The notes under the pieces were generated by a model. The model searched no databases and was not told the DNA's origin. It was given only the letters and a program-made list of their open reading frames with translations. This document shows, one piece after another, positions 10,235 through 19,898 of a stretch of DNA of 64,000 nucleotides. The translations under genes were made by a program, and so were the position numbers. The stretch covers positions 288,001 through 352,000 of the forward strand of contig CAXXSL010000013.1 in the NCBI GenBank assembly GCA_963675525.2. The letters are read 5' to 3'. The stretch comes from Anaerohalosphaeraceae bacterium. Its GTDB lineage: Bacteria > Planctomycetota > Phycisphaerae > Sedimentisphaerales > Anaerohalosphaeraceae. Numbering within the stretch: position 1 is the first letter of the stretch; each line of letters begins with the position of its first letter.

Positions 10235-12037
10235 ATGAATAATTTGAATTACGGGATTATCGGAAATTGTAAAAGTGCGGCTCTCGTTGATGAAACGGGA
10301 AGTATTGACTGGTGCTGCCTGCCGGATTTTGACTCGTCTTCAGTTTTTGCACGGCTTCTGGATGCCGAAAACGGCGGTTTTTTTTCGATTGAGCCGGAAG
10401 GCCAATATTCTATCCGACAGTCTTATATCGATAAAACAAATATCCTGGTGACCGCATTCTCAAACGAACAAAACGCATTTGAAGTCATCGATTTTATGCC
10501 GCGTTATAAAGCGGACAGTGGCTCGTATCACTGCCCGCCGGATATTATTCGTTATCTCAGGATCGTGAAAGGTCGACCCATTGTTCGAATCCATTACAAC
10601 CCCCGCCCCGCTTATGCGCAAAATCCGGTTCACTGCGAAACCAGTGACGTCTTTATCAAATATATGACCAGCAAAGGCGCTTATGAATCCGTCTATTTAT
10701 ACACGGACCTGCCCTTCGATAAAGTGACTGAACCGCACCCGGTTCAACTCGAAAACGATTGCTTTCTACTGCTCAGCTACAACCAGAAACTCTTCAAGCC
10801 CGATATGAATTGGGTGCAATTGGAATTTGAGCGAACCAAAGTGTACTGGATGGGATGGGTAGCCAAAACGAAAGTTCTGTCGGCCTATCAAAAGCAAGTC
10901 GAGCGAAGCTCGCTCGTCCTGAAATTGCTGGCCTATCAGAAAACCGGGGCCATTCTGGCCGCCGTCACCACCAGCCTGCCGGAAACGATCGGTGAGGTTC
11001 GTAACTGGGACTATCGCTACTGCTGGCTCAGGGATGCCTCCATGACCATCAGCATTCTCTCGAAACTGGGGCACAGTAATGTTGCGTCACGTTTTCTTCA
11101 GTTCATCCTGGATATCATCCCCTTTAAAGATGAAAACATCCAGATCATGTACCCCATCAACCATCGCCGCCGCCTCACCGAAAAAGAACTGCCCTGGCTG
11201 GCCGGTTACGAAAACACCAAACCGGTCCGCATCGGTAATGCCGCGGTAAAACAAAAACAGAACGACATCTTTGGGATCGTGCTGGATGCTCTCTATCAAA
11301 GCCTGATCATCTTTCAGGAAACCCTTCACAATAAGGAAGACTTGTGGACTGTGGTGCGAACTCTGGCGCGTCACATCGAAAACAACTGGAAAAAACTGGA
11401 TTCGAGCATCTGGGAATTCAGAACCGAGCAAAAACATTTTACGTTTTCGAAGATCATTTGCTGGGTCGGGATGGATCGCGCCGCTCGCATTGCCGCTTCT
11501 TTCGGAAAACACGCCGACGCACATGCCTATCTCAATCTGCGCAATCGTATCAAGTCGGACATCCTGAGTAAAGGATGCCATCCGGAGACAAAAGCATTGA
11601 CACAATTTTACGGCGGCGATTCCATGGACGCAGCCAACCTGCTCGCAAAGCAGTATGGATTTCTGTTGCCAACCGACCCTGTGTATATCAATACAGTAAC
11701 GCAAACGGTTGAAAGCCTCTGTAGAGATGGCTTGATGTACCGGTATAAGACCGCTGATGACTTCGGCCTGCCGAAATCGTCCTTTACCACCTGCACCTTC
11801 TGGGCCATTAAAAGCCTTTTCCTGATCGGCCAAAAACAACGTGCCATCGAGATGTTTGAACAAGTGCTCAGCTATAGTAATCATCTGGGCTTATTTAGTG
11901 AAGACATCGATTTTGAGACCAAGCGGTTGCTAGGCAATTTCCCCCAGGGATATTCGCATATTTCACTGATCGATACGGCCATAACGCTTTCAGAGAATCC
12001 CGATTGGTTCGATCAGGGTGAATTTTTTCTGCCGTAA
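10235..12037 (+). CDS. Glycoside hydrolase family 15 (trehalase-like)
   Basis: IGNCKSAALV, TSLPETIGEVRNWDYRYCWLRDA, IWEFR, LGNFPQGYSH. Confidence 0.92.
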   Translation: MNNLNYGIIGNCKSAALVDETGSIDWCCLPDFDSSSVFARLLDAENGGFFSIEPEGQYSIRQSYIDKTNILVTAFSNEQNAFEVIDFMPRYKADSGSYHCPPDIIRYLRIVKGRPIVRIHYNPRPAYAQNPVHCETSDVFIKYMTSKGAYESVYLYTDLPFDKVTEPHPVQLENDCFLLLSYNQKLFKPDMNWVQLEFERTKVYWMGWVAKTKVLSAYQKQVERSSLVLKLLAYQKTGAILAAVTTSLPETIGEVRNWDYRYCWLRDASMTISILSKLGHSNVASRFLQFILDIIPFKDENIQIMYPINHRRRLTEKELPWLAGYENTKPVRIGNAAVKQKQNDIFGIVLDALYQSLIIFQETLHNKEDLWTVVRTLARHIENNWKKLDSSIWEFRTEQKHFTFSKIICWVGMDRAARIAASFGKHADAHAYLNLRNRIKSDILSKGCHPETKALTQFYGGDSMDAANLLAKQYGFLLPTDPVYINTVTQTVESLCRDGLMYRYKTADDFGLPKSSFTTCTFWAIKSLFLIGQKQRAIEMFEQVLSYSNHLGLFSEDIDFETKRLLGNFPQGYSHISLIDTAITLSENPDWFDQGEFFLP

Positions 12038-12056
12038 CAGAAGCGAAAAAAGCCCG

Positions 12057-13346
12057 CTAAATTGTCTGGCGAAGGAGAACTTTGTTGGCACTGTCAACAA
12101 TCAGGATTTTTTCCTGTGGATTTTCGGCTAACCAGCCATTAATGACTGTCTGAGGATCGGCACAGGGGGACATGTGTATTTTCTCAATCTCGGAATCATC
12201 GATCTCTGAATAAAGCCATAGCTGTCTCAGCCGCCGAATCAAGGCGGCAAATCGCCACGGCTTATGGCTGAAGAGCTTGTACTGTTTTCTGTCCGATGCC
12301 TCGATCGCATCAAGCGGACGGATCAACTTGGAATAAAACTCCTCGGCCGTCCGCGGGTTGCCGACTCCCTTCGGACACGCTGACAAAAACAAAATTTCAC
12401 CCCCGTCACAAACGACGCCGCCGGTTAATTCCAGCGCACGCTGAGCAATATACAAATCGACATCGTTCGGCAGACCGCCGGGTGAAATGATCATTTTGGA
12501 AACCCGTTCGGCCGAAAAACAATTGAAACGGTCAGCTTTCAGAAATGCCTGCCCGGTCACCTGTTGGGCCGGCCCAAAAGCCGCCCATTCGATCTGCCCG
12601 CCCGTACTCCGCGTCACCAGCGCCCAGACGGGACGGTCCCCCGCAATCATCGTCATCGCCTCCAGTTGATCCTGCGCCAAAGGATTCTCACGCCGTTCCG
12701 GCTCCGGATGCCACGGATGAACACCCGCACAGGAAGCGGCATCCATTGTCCAGCTATGATTTTGCTCGACCGTATTAAACGCACACAGTCCCGGCACGAA
12801 ATTCTTGACCGGATTGGAATAGCCCGCAAAGTAATGATGCTTTACGTCAGAAAGAACCGCGAAAACCGCCGGTTCCTGTAATCGGGCATGGTACAGGATC
12901 TCCGTCCCTCGTGCCGTTGAGCCGGCGGAAACAAAAGAGGCCCCACGGCAATCATGGACGATTATTTCATAAGCCTGAAGATCAACTTTCCGTGCTTCGG
13001 CTTGAATCTGCTCGATGATTTTTTGATTTTCAGGCGTATCACCCGAATGTGTACCGGTACAGATAAAAAAGAGGACTTTTTTGGCATTTTTCATCAGCGG
13101 CAATAACTGCGGCAATATCACACTCTGCGAAAGATCCCGTGTCCCGTCCGGCAGCAACACACCGACGGTCCGTCCCGCGGCATTTTCGCATAAATCACCC
13201 CCGCCGTCGCTGATCGCCCGTCTGACAATCTCCGCATCGCTTGTGTGCGACAGACCCAAATGCCGCGGACGGATTATTTCGACGACATTTTCCTGCGGAA
13301 TCTCAAGGCTTATTTGCCCTTGACCGTAATGAAGTGAAACCTTCAT
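12057..13346 (-). CDS. LarA-family (DUF2088) nickel-pincer racemase/epimerase
   Basis: PDGTR, TGTH, HDC, HHYFAGYS..K..VPG, NHS and HKP motifs. The real start is MKVSLHYG at 13346, 20 nt after the mraY stop. Confidence 0.8.
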   Translation of the reverse strand: MKVSLHYGQGQISLEIPQENVVEIIRPRHLGLSHTSDAEIVRRAISDGGGDLCENAAGRTVGVLLPDGTRDLSQSVILPQLLPLMKNAKKVLFFICTGTHSGDTPENQKIIEQIQAEARKVDLQAYEIIVHDCRGASFVSAGSTARGTEILYHARLQEPAVFAVLSDVKHHYFAGYSNPVKNFVPGLCAFNTVEQNHSWTMDAASCAGVHPWHPEPERRENPLAQDQLEAMTMIAGDRPVWALVTRSTGGQIEWAAFGPAQQVTGQAFLKADRFNCFSAERVSKMIISPGGLPNDVDLYIAQRALELTGGVVCDGGEILFLSACPKGVGNPRTAEEFYSKLIRPLDAIEASDRKQYKLFSHKPWRFAALIRRLRQLWLYSEIDDSEIEKIHMSPCADPQTVINGWLAENPQEKILIVDSANKVLLRQTI

Positions 13347-13366
13347 GATCCTGTCACTTTCTATCA

Positions 13367-14506
13367 CTAACGAATCTTCAGCGTCGCCAGAGCCAGGACC
13401 GCGAACGCGATCGACAGCAACCAGAATCGGACTACCACCTGCGGCTCGGACCACCCGGCCAGATGAAAATGGTGATGAATCGGCGCACAGCGAAAAATGC
13501 GTTTACCCCCGGAGTATTTGAAGTAGCCCACCTGAAGAACGACGCTAAAGAGCTCCATCATAAAGACGCCGCCGATAATAAACAGTAATATTTCATTTCG
13601 CGTGACGATGGCCCCGTATCCCATCGCCGCCCCCAGCGGCAGCGAACCAACATCACCCATAAAGACCTGTGCCGGATGACAGTTGTACCAAAGAAATCCG
13701 AGAATGGCTCCCGTGATCGAGGCATAAAAAATGCACAACTCACCCGATTCAGGAATATGCGGCAAAAGCAAATAGCTGGCCCATGATGTCTGTACGGTTC
13801 GAGACATATATTCGGAGGCAATATAGCACAGCATCACCAGCACCGTTGACATGATCCCCAGACATCCCGACGCCAGGCCATCCATCCCGTCGGTTAAATT
13901 GACCGCATTGCTCGTGCCGGAGATATAGAGCACCGACAGCACCACAAAAACCCAGGCCGCCAGCGGAATGCCATGTTTATAAAACGGCAGCCAAAACATT
14001 CGGGCATCTTCAATAAGCAGAAAATCCGAACGCAGAAAAATCGCGATCAGTACCGCACCGCCAAACTGGAACAGAAGTTTTTCCCATGCTTTCAGTCCGT
14101 CCCGGCTGCGGTGACGAATTTTACTGGTCAGTTTGAGCCAGTCATCAACCGCACCGATACCGCCGTACCAGATAATGATGAATACGGCCTTGTGAATAAA
14201 CGCATTGTTAAGCCTGGCCCACAGGAATGTCCCCGCCAGCACCGACGCCAAAATAATGATGCCCCCCATGGTCGGCGTGTTGGCTCGCTCGCGCATCAGC
14301 TCGTTCAGGGCGGTATGATGAAATTCCGGCCGGTCGCCGATCTTCATCCGCATCAGCCAGCGAATCACCTTCGGCGCCAAAAACAGCGCAACCGCCAAAC
14401 TCGTCAGTGCCGCCAGCACCGCACGGAACAGAACATCTTCGTATGCATAAAAGCCCAGCTTATGCGTAAACCCTTCTCGGAACCAATCTAACAGATGATA
14501 AATCAA
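13367..14506 (-). CDS. mraY: Phospho-N-acetylmuramoyl-pentapeptide transferase
   Basis: TPTMGG, DD motif, NAVNLTDGMDGL, VFMGDVGSL, APIHHHF; TTG start with a GGAG RBS. Confidence 0.97.
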   Translation of the reverse strand: MIYHLLDWFREGFTHKLGFYAYEDVLFRAVLAALTSLAVALFLAPKVIRWLMRMKIGDRPEFHHTALNELMRERANTPTMGGIIILASVLAGTFLWARLNNAFIHKAVFIIIWYGGIGAVDDWLKLTSKIRHRSRDGLKAWEKLLFQFGGAVLIAIFLRSDFLLIEDARMFWLPFYKHGIPLAAWVFVVLSVLYISGTSNAVNLTDGMDGLASGCLGIMSTVLVMLCYIASEYMSRTVQTSWASYLLLPHIPESGELCIFYASITGAILGFLWYNCHPAQVFMGDVGSLPLGAAMGYGAIVTRNEILLFIIGGVFMMELFSVVLQVGYFKYSGGKRIFRCAPIHHHFHLAGWSEPQVVVRFWLLSIAFAVLALATLKIR

Positions 14507-14568
14507 CGTTTACTCCGTATTCTCGAAACCCGGCAGCTTCATCCCGGCATTATTCCGATCGCTCACTT

Positions 14569-14599
14569 TGTCATTCCGAGCGAAGCCGAGGAATCTATT
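14569..14599. repeat. REP-like palindromic repeat, family A (GTCATTCYGAGC-N-CGARGAATCTATT), copy 1
   Basis: Near-identical copies at 16177-16206 and, inverted, at 22212-22242 and 23572-23602. Confidence 0.8.
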
Positions 14600-14671
14600 G
14601 AAATAACCTCGCCGAAGGCGATTCATCAATTCTACAGTTTACATTGCTCTCTAAAAAACATTCTTTCTCTG

Positions 14672-14755
14672 GCCCTGAAAGGGCTGTCAGTCACTTTGCC
14701 GGGGGTCTTTACCCCCGGAAAAAGGATTTAAAAAATCCAGCCCGAAGGGGCGAAA
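14672..14755. repeat. REP-like hairpin cluster (GCCCTGAAAGGGC / CCGGGGGT..ACCCCCGG / GCCCGAAGGGGC)
   Basis: Three short inverted repeats in the murF-mraY spacer. Confidence 0.65.
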
Positions 14756-14792
14756 GTAAAAAAAGAGCTTTTCGACAGGGCAAATTTACATT

Positions 14793-16169
14793 TTAAAATA
14801 ATTCATGCAACCGCAAGACCGCTCTCTCAAGACCTGCCGCACGCGATCCTTTGACTAATAGTATATCGTCAGGCTGGATATATTTATGCAGATTATTACA
14901 TAACAGGTCCGTATTTTCGAACACCTGAACCTGCAGTCCCGGACAGCGCTGCAAGGCTCCCGCCGCGGTGTCCTGTGCAAATGCCCCGACACACAACAGA
15001 AGCGTTACGCCTTCATCCGCCGCTTTACGCCCGAGTTCCGTATGCAGCACCTGCGATTGGTCGCCCAGTTCTTTCATCGTCCCGGCGATAAAAACAAGGC
15101 GGTCTTTCTTATCCCTGCGAAACGTCTTGAGGCATTCAAGGGCGTTGGCCATCGAAGCGGGGTTGGCATTATAACAATCGTTAAGAATCGTCAATGAACC
15201 GACCTTGAGAACCTCTAAACGCATCGAAATCGGCTTTAACCGACCGGTAATACCGTTATAGTCCGATAACGAAACCTTAAGGTCCCTGCAAATTGACCAA
15301 ACGGTCAGAATATTCATCAGGTTGGCTTTGCCAGCAAGCGGGACCGCAACGCGCTGTCCATCAATCACAAGAGAGCCGTTATTGCCGTACACTCGAAGGT
15401 CTGTTCCGATAATATCACAGTTCAAGGACGTACCAAAGGTGATGATTCGTCCGGTGAACATTGTTTTGGCTTTAGCAGCCAACTCCGGTTGGTCGCCGTT
15501 GAGATACAAGGTGCCGCCTTTAAGGAGTCCTTTGACAATCGAGACCTTTTCATCCAACACATTCTCCAGGGTCCCGAAACCCTCCAGGTGTGCGGGCCCG
15601 ACAAACGTGATCACTGCCGCATCCGGTTTGGCAATGTCAGTCAGTTCTGCGATTTCACCGGGAGCGTTGGTTCCCAACTCCAGCAGAAGGATTTCATCTT
15701 CCGGCTCGGTGGAAAGAATTGTCAGGGGAACGCCGATGTTGTTATTAAAACTTTTCGGTGCCTGCCTGCATCGGTAAAATTCGCTCAACACCTGATACAG
15801 TATCTGCCGCGTCGTCGTTTTGCCCGCTGAACCGGTGATCGCAATGACAGTCGCACGAATCTGCTGCCGATACCATGCCGCAAACTTTCCCAAAGCCGCA
15901 ATCGTATCATCCACAAGTATCACCGCGCCGCTGCTTTCAGCGGGCAAATCAATCGCATGGTTTAATACAAGACAGGACGCCCCTTTTTGAACCGCACCCC
16001 GAGCATAATCATGCCCGTCAAAATGCTCGCCCCGAATGGCAAAGAATATATCCCCCGCCTTGATCGTCCGCGAATCAATACTCACACCGTCTACCGAACC
16101 AGCCGCCTCTCCGCGAATCAGCCGTCCATCGATAATTTTTACAATCTGATTAATGTCTATGGGCATCAT
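14793..16169 (-). CDS. murF: UDP-N-acetylmuramoyl-tripeptide--D-Ala-D-Ala ligase
   Basis: ITGSAGKTTT, SFNNNIGVPLT, DCYNANPASM, LVKGSR. Confidence 0.96.
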   Translation of the reverse strand: MMPIDINQIVKIIDGRLIRGEAAGSVDGVSIDSRTIKAGDIFFAIRGEHFDGHDYARGAVQKGASCLVLNHAIDLPAESSGAVILVDDTIAALGKFAAWYRQQIRATVIAITGSAGKTTTRQILYQVLSEFYRCRQAPKSFNNNIGVPLTILSTEPEDEILLLELGTNAPGEIAELTDIAKPDAAVITFVGPAHLEGFGTLENVLDEKVSIVKGLLKGGTLYLNGDQPELAAKAKTMFTGRIITFGTSLNCDIIGTDLRVYGNNGSLVIDGQRVAVPLAGKANLMNILTVWSICRDLKVSLSDYNGITGRLKPISMRLEVLKVGSLTILNDCYNANPASMANALECLKTFRRDKKDRLVFIAGTMKELGDQSQVLHTELGRKAADEGVTLLLCVGAFAQDTAAGALQRCPGLQVQVFENTDLLCNNLHKYIQPDDILLVKGSRAAGLERAVLRLHELF

Positions 16170-16176
16170 AAAAAAA

Positions 16177-16206
16177 TGTCATTCTGAGCGAAGCGAAGAA
16201 TCTATT
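16177..16206. repeat. REP-like repeat family A, copy 2
   Basis: TGTCATTCTGAGCGAAGCGAAGAATCTATT in the murE-murF spacer. Confidence 0.8.
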
Positions 16207-16263
16207 TAAACAGTTATCTGCCGCAGGCGGATTCCATGATTTTGCGTTTTGCATGTAGAATTA

Positions 16264-17724
16264 TTACATCAAATCTTCCAGCGCTTTCATCGCTTCTTCG
16301 ACATCGCTGAAATGGCGTTTTCCCGTCCCGATGATCTGATAGTCCTCATGGCCCTTCCCCGCCAACAGCACAATATCATCCGGCCGGGCCTGCTCGATCG
16401 CCAACCGAATCGCCTTGGCCCGATCCGCCTCAACAATAAGCTCTGCTTCAACTAAAGGGGTCAGACCCCTTTTTTTCGTAAACCCCGGCAGAATATCGTC
16501 AATGATCGCCTGCGGGTCCTCCGTGCGCGGGTTGTCACTGGTCACGATCACTACATCGGCCAGCGATTCGGCTACCTGAGCCATGCGGGGGCGTTTAGTC
16601 TTATCCCGGCCACCGCCACAGCCGAACAATACGATCAACCGACCTTCGCACAGTGGTTTCAGCGTTGTCAGTACATTTTTCAGCGCATCATCGGTGTGCG
16701 CGTAATCCACAAAAACCTGTATCCCTCGCCGACCGGCACCCTCACACCGCACCGGTTGGAGCCGTCCGGGAACTGACCGCAGTGCAGACAACCCCTCCGC
16801 AACGTCCTGCAAACTGAATCCCGCCGCCAGACAAAGCCCCGCGGCCGCCAGGCAATTGCTGATGTTATGTTTACCCGGCAGCGCTGTTTTAACCTGCTGG
16901 AGACAATGATTGAATTCTATATCAAACACACTGCCTTCGGCGTCCATCTGGTGGATGACCGCCTTGATGTCGACGTCATGTTCAATTCCGTACCAGAGAA
17001 TGCGTGTGCGCGGCTCGATCAGTTCGGCGATCGTATGGGCCTCATCCGATTCGGCGTTCAGCACCGCCAGCCCATGCGCCGGAAGCTCCAGGAATAGCCG
17101 GCTTTTGGCATCCAGGTAGTCGTCCTCCGTCTTGTGATAATCCAGATGGTCACCCGTCAGGTTCGTAAACGCCGCGGCGGTAAACGAGATCCCCGCCAAA
17201 CGCCGCTGGCTGAGGGCATGACTGCTGGCCTCGATCATCATGTAGTCGCAACCGCAATCGACCATTTCTTTCGATGCCTTGGCAATGGTTACCGCATCCG
17301 GCGTCGTCAGGGGTGCGGCTGTTTTTTGCGTGCCTGTGCTGTACTCAATCGTCCCGATCAGACCGCAGATGTTTTGCGCCTGCTCGATGATCGACCGTAC
17401 CATATATGCAACCGTGGTTTTGCCGTTTGTCCCGGTCACCGCCAGATTCGTCAATTGACTGTTGGGATTGCCGTACGATGCCTGCGCCAGTAAGCCCAGT
17501 GCGGCTGCAGAATCTTCGACGACAATACAATCTTCGCCCTCAACAGGCCGCTGGACCACTCGGTAAGCAGCACCGTTTGCCCTGGCCTGTTCAAGATAAT
17601 CATGGCCGTCAACCTGTGTTCCCGCGACAGCCACAAACACATCACCCGCCTGCACCAGCCGGGAATCCGCACAGACCCGCAACCCGCCGGACTGTACCAA
17701 TGCCATTAACTGTGTAAACGTCAT
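16264..17724 (-). CDS. murE: UDP-N-acetylmuramoyl-L-Ala-D-Glu--meso-DAP ligase
   Basis: VTGTNGKTT, EASSHAL, DHLDYH, DYAHT, DNPR (DAP-specific), AGKGHE; likely start MTFTQL at 17724. Confidence 0.96.
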   Translation of the reverse strand: MTFTQLMALVQSGGLRVCADSRLVQAGDVFVAVAGTQVDGHDYLEQARANGAAYRVVQRPVEGEDCIVVEDSAAALGLLAQASYGNPNSQLTNLAVTGTNGKTTVAYMVRSIIEQAQNICGLIGTIEYSTGTQKTAAPLTTPDAVTIAKASKEMVDCGCDYMMIEASSHALSQRRLAGISFTAAAFTNLTGDHLDYHKTEDDYLDAKSRLFLELPAHGLAVLNAESDEAHTIAELIEPRTRILWYGIEHDVDIKAVIHQMDAEGSVFDIEFNHCLQQVKTALPGKHNISNCLAAAGLCLAAGFSLQDVAEGLSALRSVPGRLQPVRCEGAGRRGIQVFVDYAHTDDALKNVLTTLKPLCEGRLIVLFGCGGGRDKTKRPRMAQVAESLADVVIVTSDNPRTEDPQAIIDDILPGFTKKRGLTPLVEAELIVEADRAKAIRLAIEQARPDDIVLLAGKGHEDYQIIGTGKRHFSDVEEAMKALEDLM

Positions 17725-18011
17725 TGAACCTCTTCCGTCATCCGTCTTTTCTGTTCTGTTTTGCTCAAAAGGGCATTGTATCGAACATAATACCGTTCTG
17801 CAATTGCAGTTTTCCTGTATCCTTAAAAACAAGTCACGCTTAAACTCCCGAAAACAGGGTGGGGGGTTCGCCGGAGCAGAGATTCTCGGTTTTCTGTCTT
17901 TTGGTTGTATTTTTCGTATATTTTGGTAAAATAGCTGGGGTTACGACAGGATGCTCGGAAAGCCTTATAGCGATTTTCCGCGACCAGCGGACTTTATAGA
18001 AAGGAGTTTTA

Positions 18012-19529
18012 ATGACTCACAAACTCACACTTAAGTGTATATTTATAATAGTGTTATGTTTTTTTTCATCGATCCTGCAGGCAGGTGAAACCCAAACTGA
18101 TTACATGGCCATCATGATGGGCGATCAGAAAATCGGTCACTTGATTCATGCTCGCAGCGTCGAAAACAGCACCGTCGTTACCACTGAAGATCTTTCCATG
18201 ACCCTGTATCGCTACGGACAAAAAGTCACGATTTATTCTAAAGAAACACATATTGAAACGACGGAAGGCGAACCGATTTCTTTCGAGACAATTATGAAGG
18301 CCAGCGGTATTGAGCAGAAAACATCCGGTACTATTCAGGACGAAAATATCTATCTGACCAAAAACGGTCAGGATATCATCATGGATTGGCCAACCGGTAC
18401 ATTAATGCTTGAGGGCGTACGATTGCTGCAGGTAAAAATGGGAACCGCTTCCGGTTGTCAATATGAAGCGACAACATTTTCCACGATCGATTCATTTGAA
18501 CCGCTCAAATTAACATTCATTGTCGGGGACAAGAAAATAATTGACCTGAGAGGACAAAAACTCGAATTAACGGAAATAAAAAAAATCTCACGCATCAAAG
18601 AACAGGAAACAACCGAGATTCATTACGTAGACGACAATTTGAAGATACTGAAGATCCTCGCTCCGATAATGGGCACAACACTGGAATTTGTTGCCTGCGA
18701 TAAAGATTTTGCACTCCGAGATGACGATACCGTTGACTTTCTCGAGAAATTCAACATCGCCAGCCCCGTGCAGCTTACGAATTTAGACACCATCGATTCG
18801 ATCGTTTATGAGATCCGGCCCAAAATGGACACAGAATTCACGCTGCCTGACTCCTCCCATCAAACGGTTCAACAAAACGAAGAAACCCTGCAGGTTACGG
18901 TACAAAGACTCACATCCCCGGAAAATATCAAGTTTCCTTATGATGGAAACGATCTCCAGATATTGAAGGCTCTTCAGCCGACCGAATATCTGCAATGCGA
19001 TAACATAGAAATCGTGGACCTTGCCCGGCACGCCATCGGCGGCACCAAAGACGCCGCCAAAGCCGCCAAACAGATCGAATCCTTTGTCGCCGGGTATATC
19101 AAGAAAAAGGACCTTGCCGTCGGTTATGCCTCTGCCGCCGAAGTGGCCCAGACCCGTCAGGGTGACTGCAGTGAACATGCCGTCTTAACCGCCGCCATGT
19201 GCCGCGCCGTCGGCATTCCCGCCCGTATCGCTTGCGGCGTCCTTTACGTGGATTCGCTCATCACCCAAAAAAGCATCTTCGGCGGCCACATGTGGGTTGA
19301 AGTCTATCTGGATGGACAATGGATCGGCCTGGACGCGACACGCGTCAATCAAAAGAAAACCGGGGAGGAGGGGTTCGGTCCCGGACATATCGCTTTGGCT
19401 TACGGTGACGGCTCACCGACGGATTTCTTCAACCTTGTCAACACGCTTGGCTGTTTCACGATCGAAAAAATTTCTGTTCATAAAATAACGGAACCTAAAA
19501 AAGAAGATAAACCGAAAACACTACAATAG
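18012..19529 (+). CDS. Secreted transglutaminase-like protein
   Basis: Signal peptide; catalytic triad GDCSEHA, HMWVEV, LDAT; AAGGAG RBS. Confidence 0.88.
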   Translation: MTHKLTLKCIFIIVLCFFSSILQAGETQTDYMAIMMGDQKIGHLIHARSVENSTVVTTEDLSMTLYRYGQKVTIYSKETHIETTEGEPISFETIMKASGIEQKTSGTIQDENIYLTKNGQDIIMDWPTGTLMLEGVRLLQVKMGTASGCQYEATTFSTIDSFEPLKLTFIVGDKKIIDLRGQKLELTEIKKISRIKEQETTEIHYVDDNLKILKILAPIMGTTLEFVACDKDFALRDDDTVDFLEKFNIASPVQLTNLDTIDSIVYEIRPKMDTEFTLPDSSHQTVQQNEETLQVTVQRLTSPENIKFPYDGNDLQILKALQPTEYLQCDNIEIVDLARHAIGGTKDAAKAAKQIESFVAGYIKKKDLAVGYASAAEVAQTRQGDCSEHAVLTAAMCRAVGIPARIACGVLYVDSLITQKSIFGGHMWVEVYLDGQWIGLDATRVNQKKTGEEGFGPGHIALAYGDGSPTDFFNLVNTLGCFTIEKISVHKITEPKKEDKPKTLQ

Positions 19530-19582
19530 TGGGCCGGCAAAAAGAGCTTGAACGCCCTAATACGATTATAAGGAGAGGCATC

Positions 19583-19778
19583 ATGAGCACCTGTCATTCG
19601 GAAAATCACGAAAAACACCTCTGTCGCCTTTACGGCGAAGGCCTGCATCATACAAAACCCGACCAGTATGCCCATTTGGTCAAGGACCCGAAATATGTCT
19701 GTAAAAGCTGCGGGCGGGTGGCAAATCTCAAAGAAAACCTGTGTGCCCCCGATCCTGCTCGGTACATGGGAAGAGTAA
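19583..19778 (+). CDS. Small Cys/His-rich putative metal-binding protein (probable +1 frameshift in the C5 run at 19746-19750)
   Basis: AGGAG RBS; HEKHLC...YVCKSCGRVA...NLCAP. Removing one C gives the ending CAPILLGTWEE*; as written the ORF runs to 19897. Confidence 0.65.
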
Positions 19779-19898
19779 AGGCGATTTTTGGCCTCATAAA
19801 GCTCGATTTTTGCAAAAATTATCAGAAAATATTTTTTTCTGTAACGGTGTCGCCTGAAAACGCGTCATACCATAAGACAGCAGAAAGAATCACCTGAA

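Noticed and set aside
13347..13454. N-terminal extensions given by the ORF track for LarA (also murE 17725-17832 and uvrA 46464-46583)
   Set aside because: They overlap mraY or lack family similarity; downstream starts fit better.
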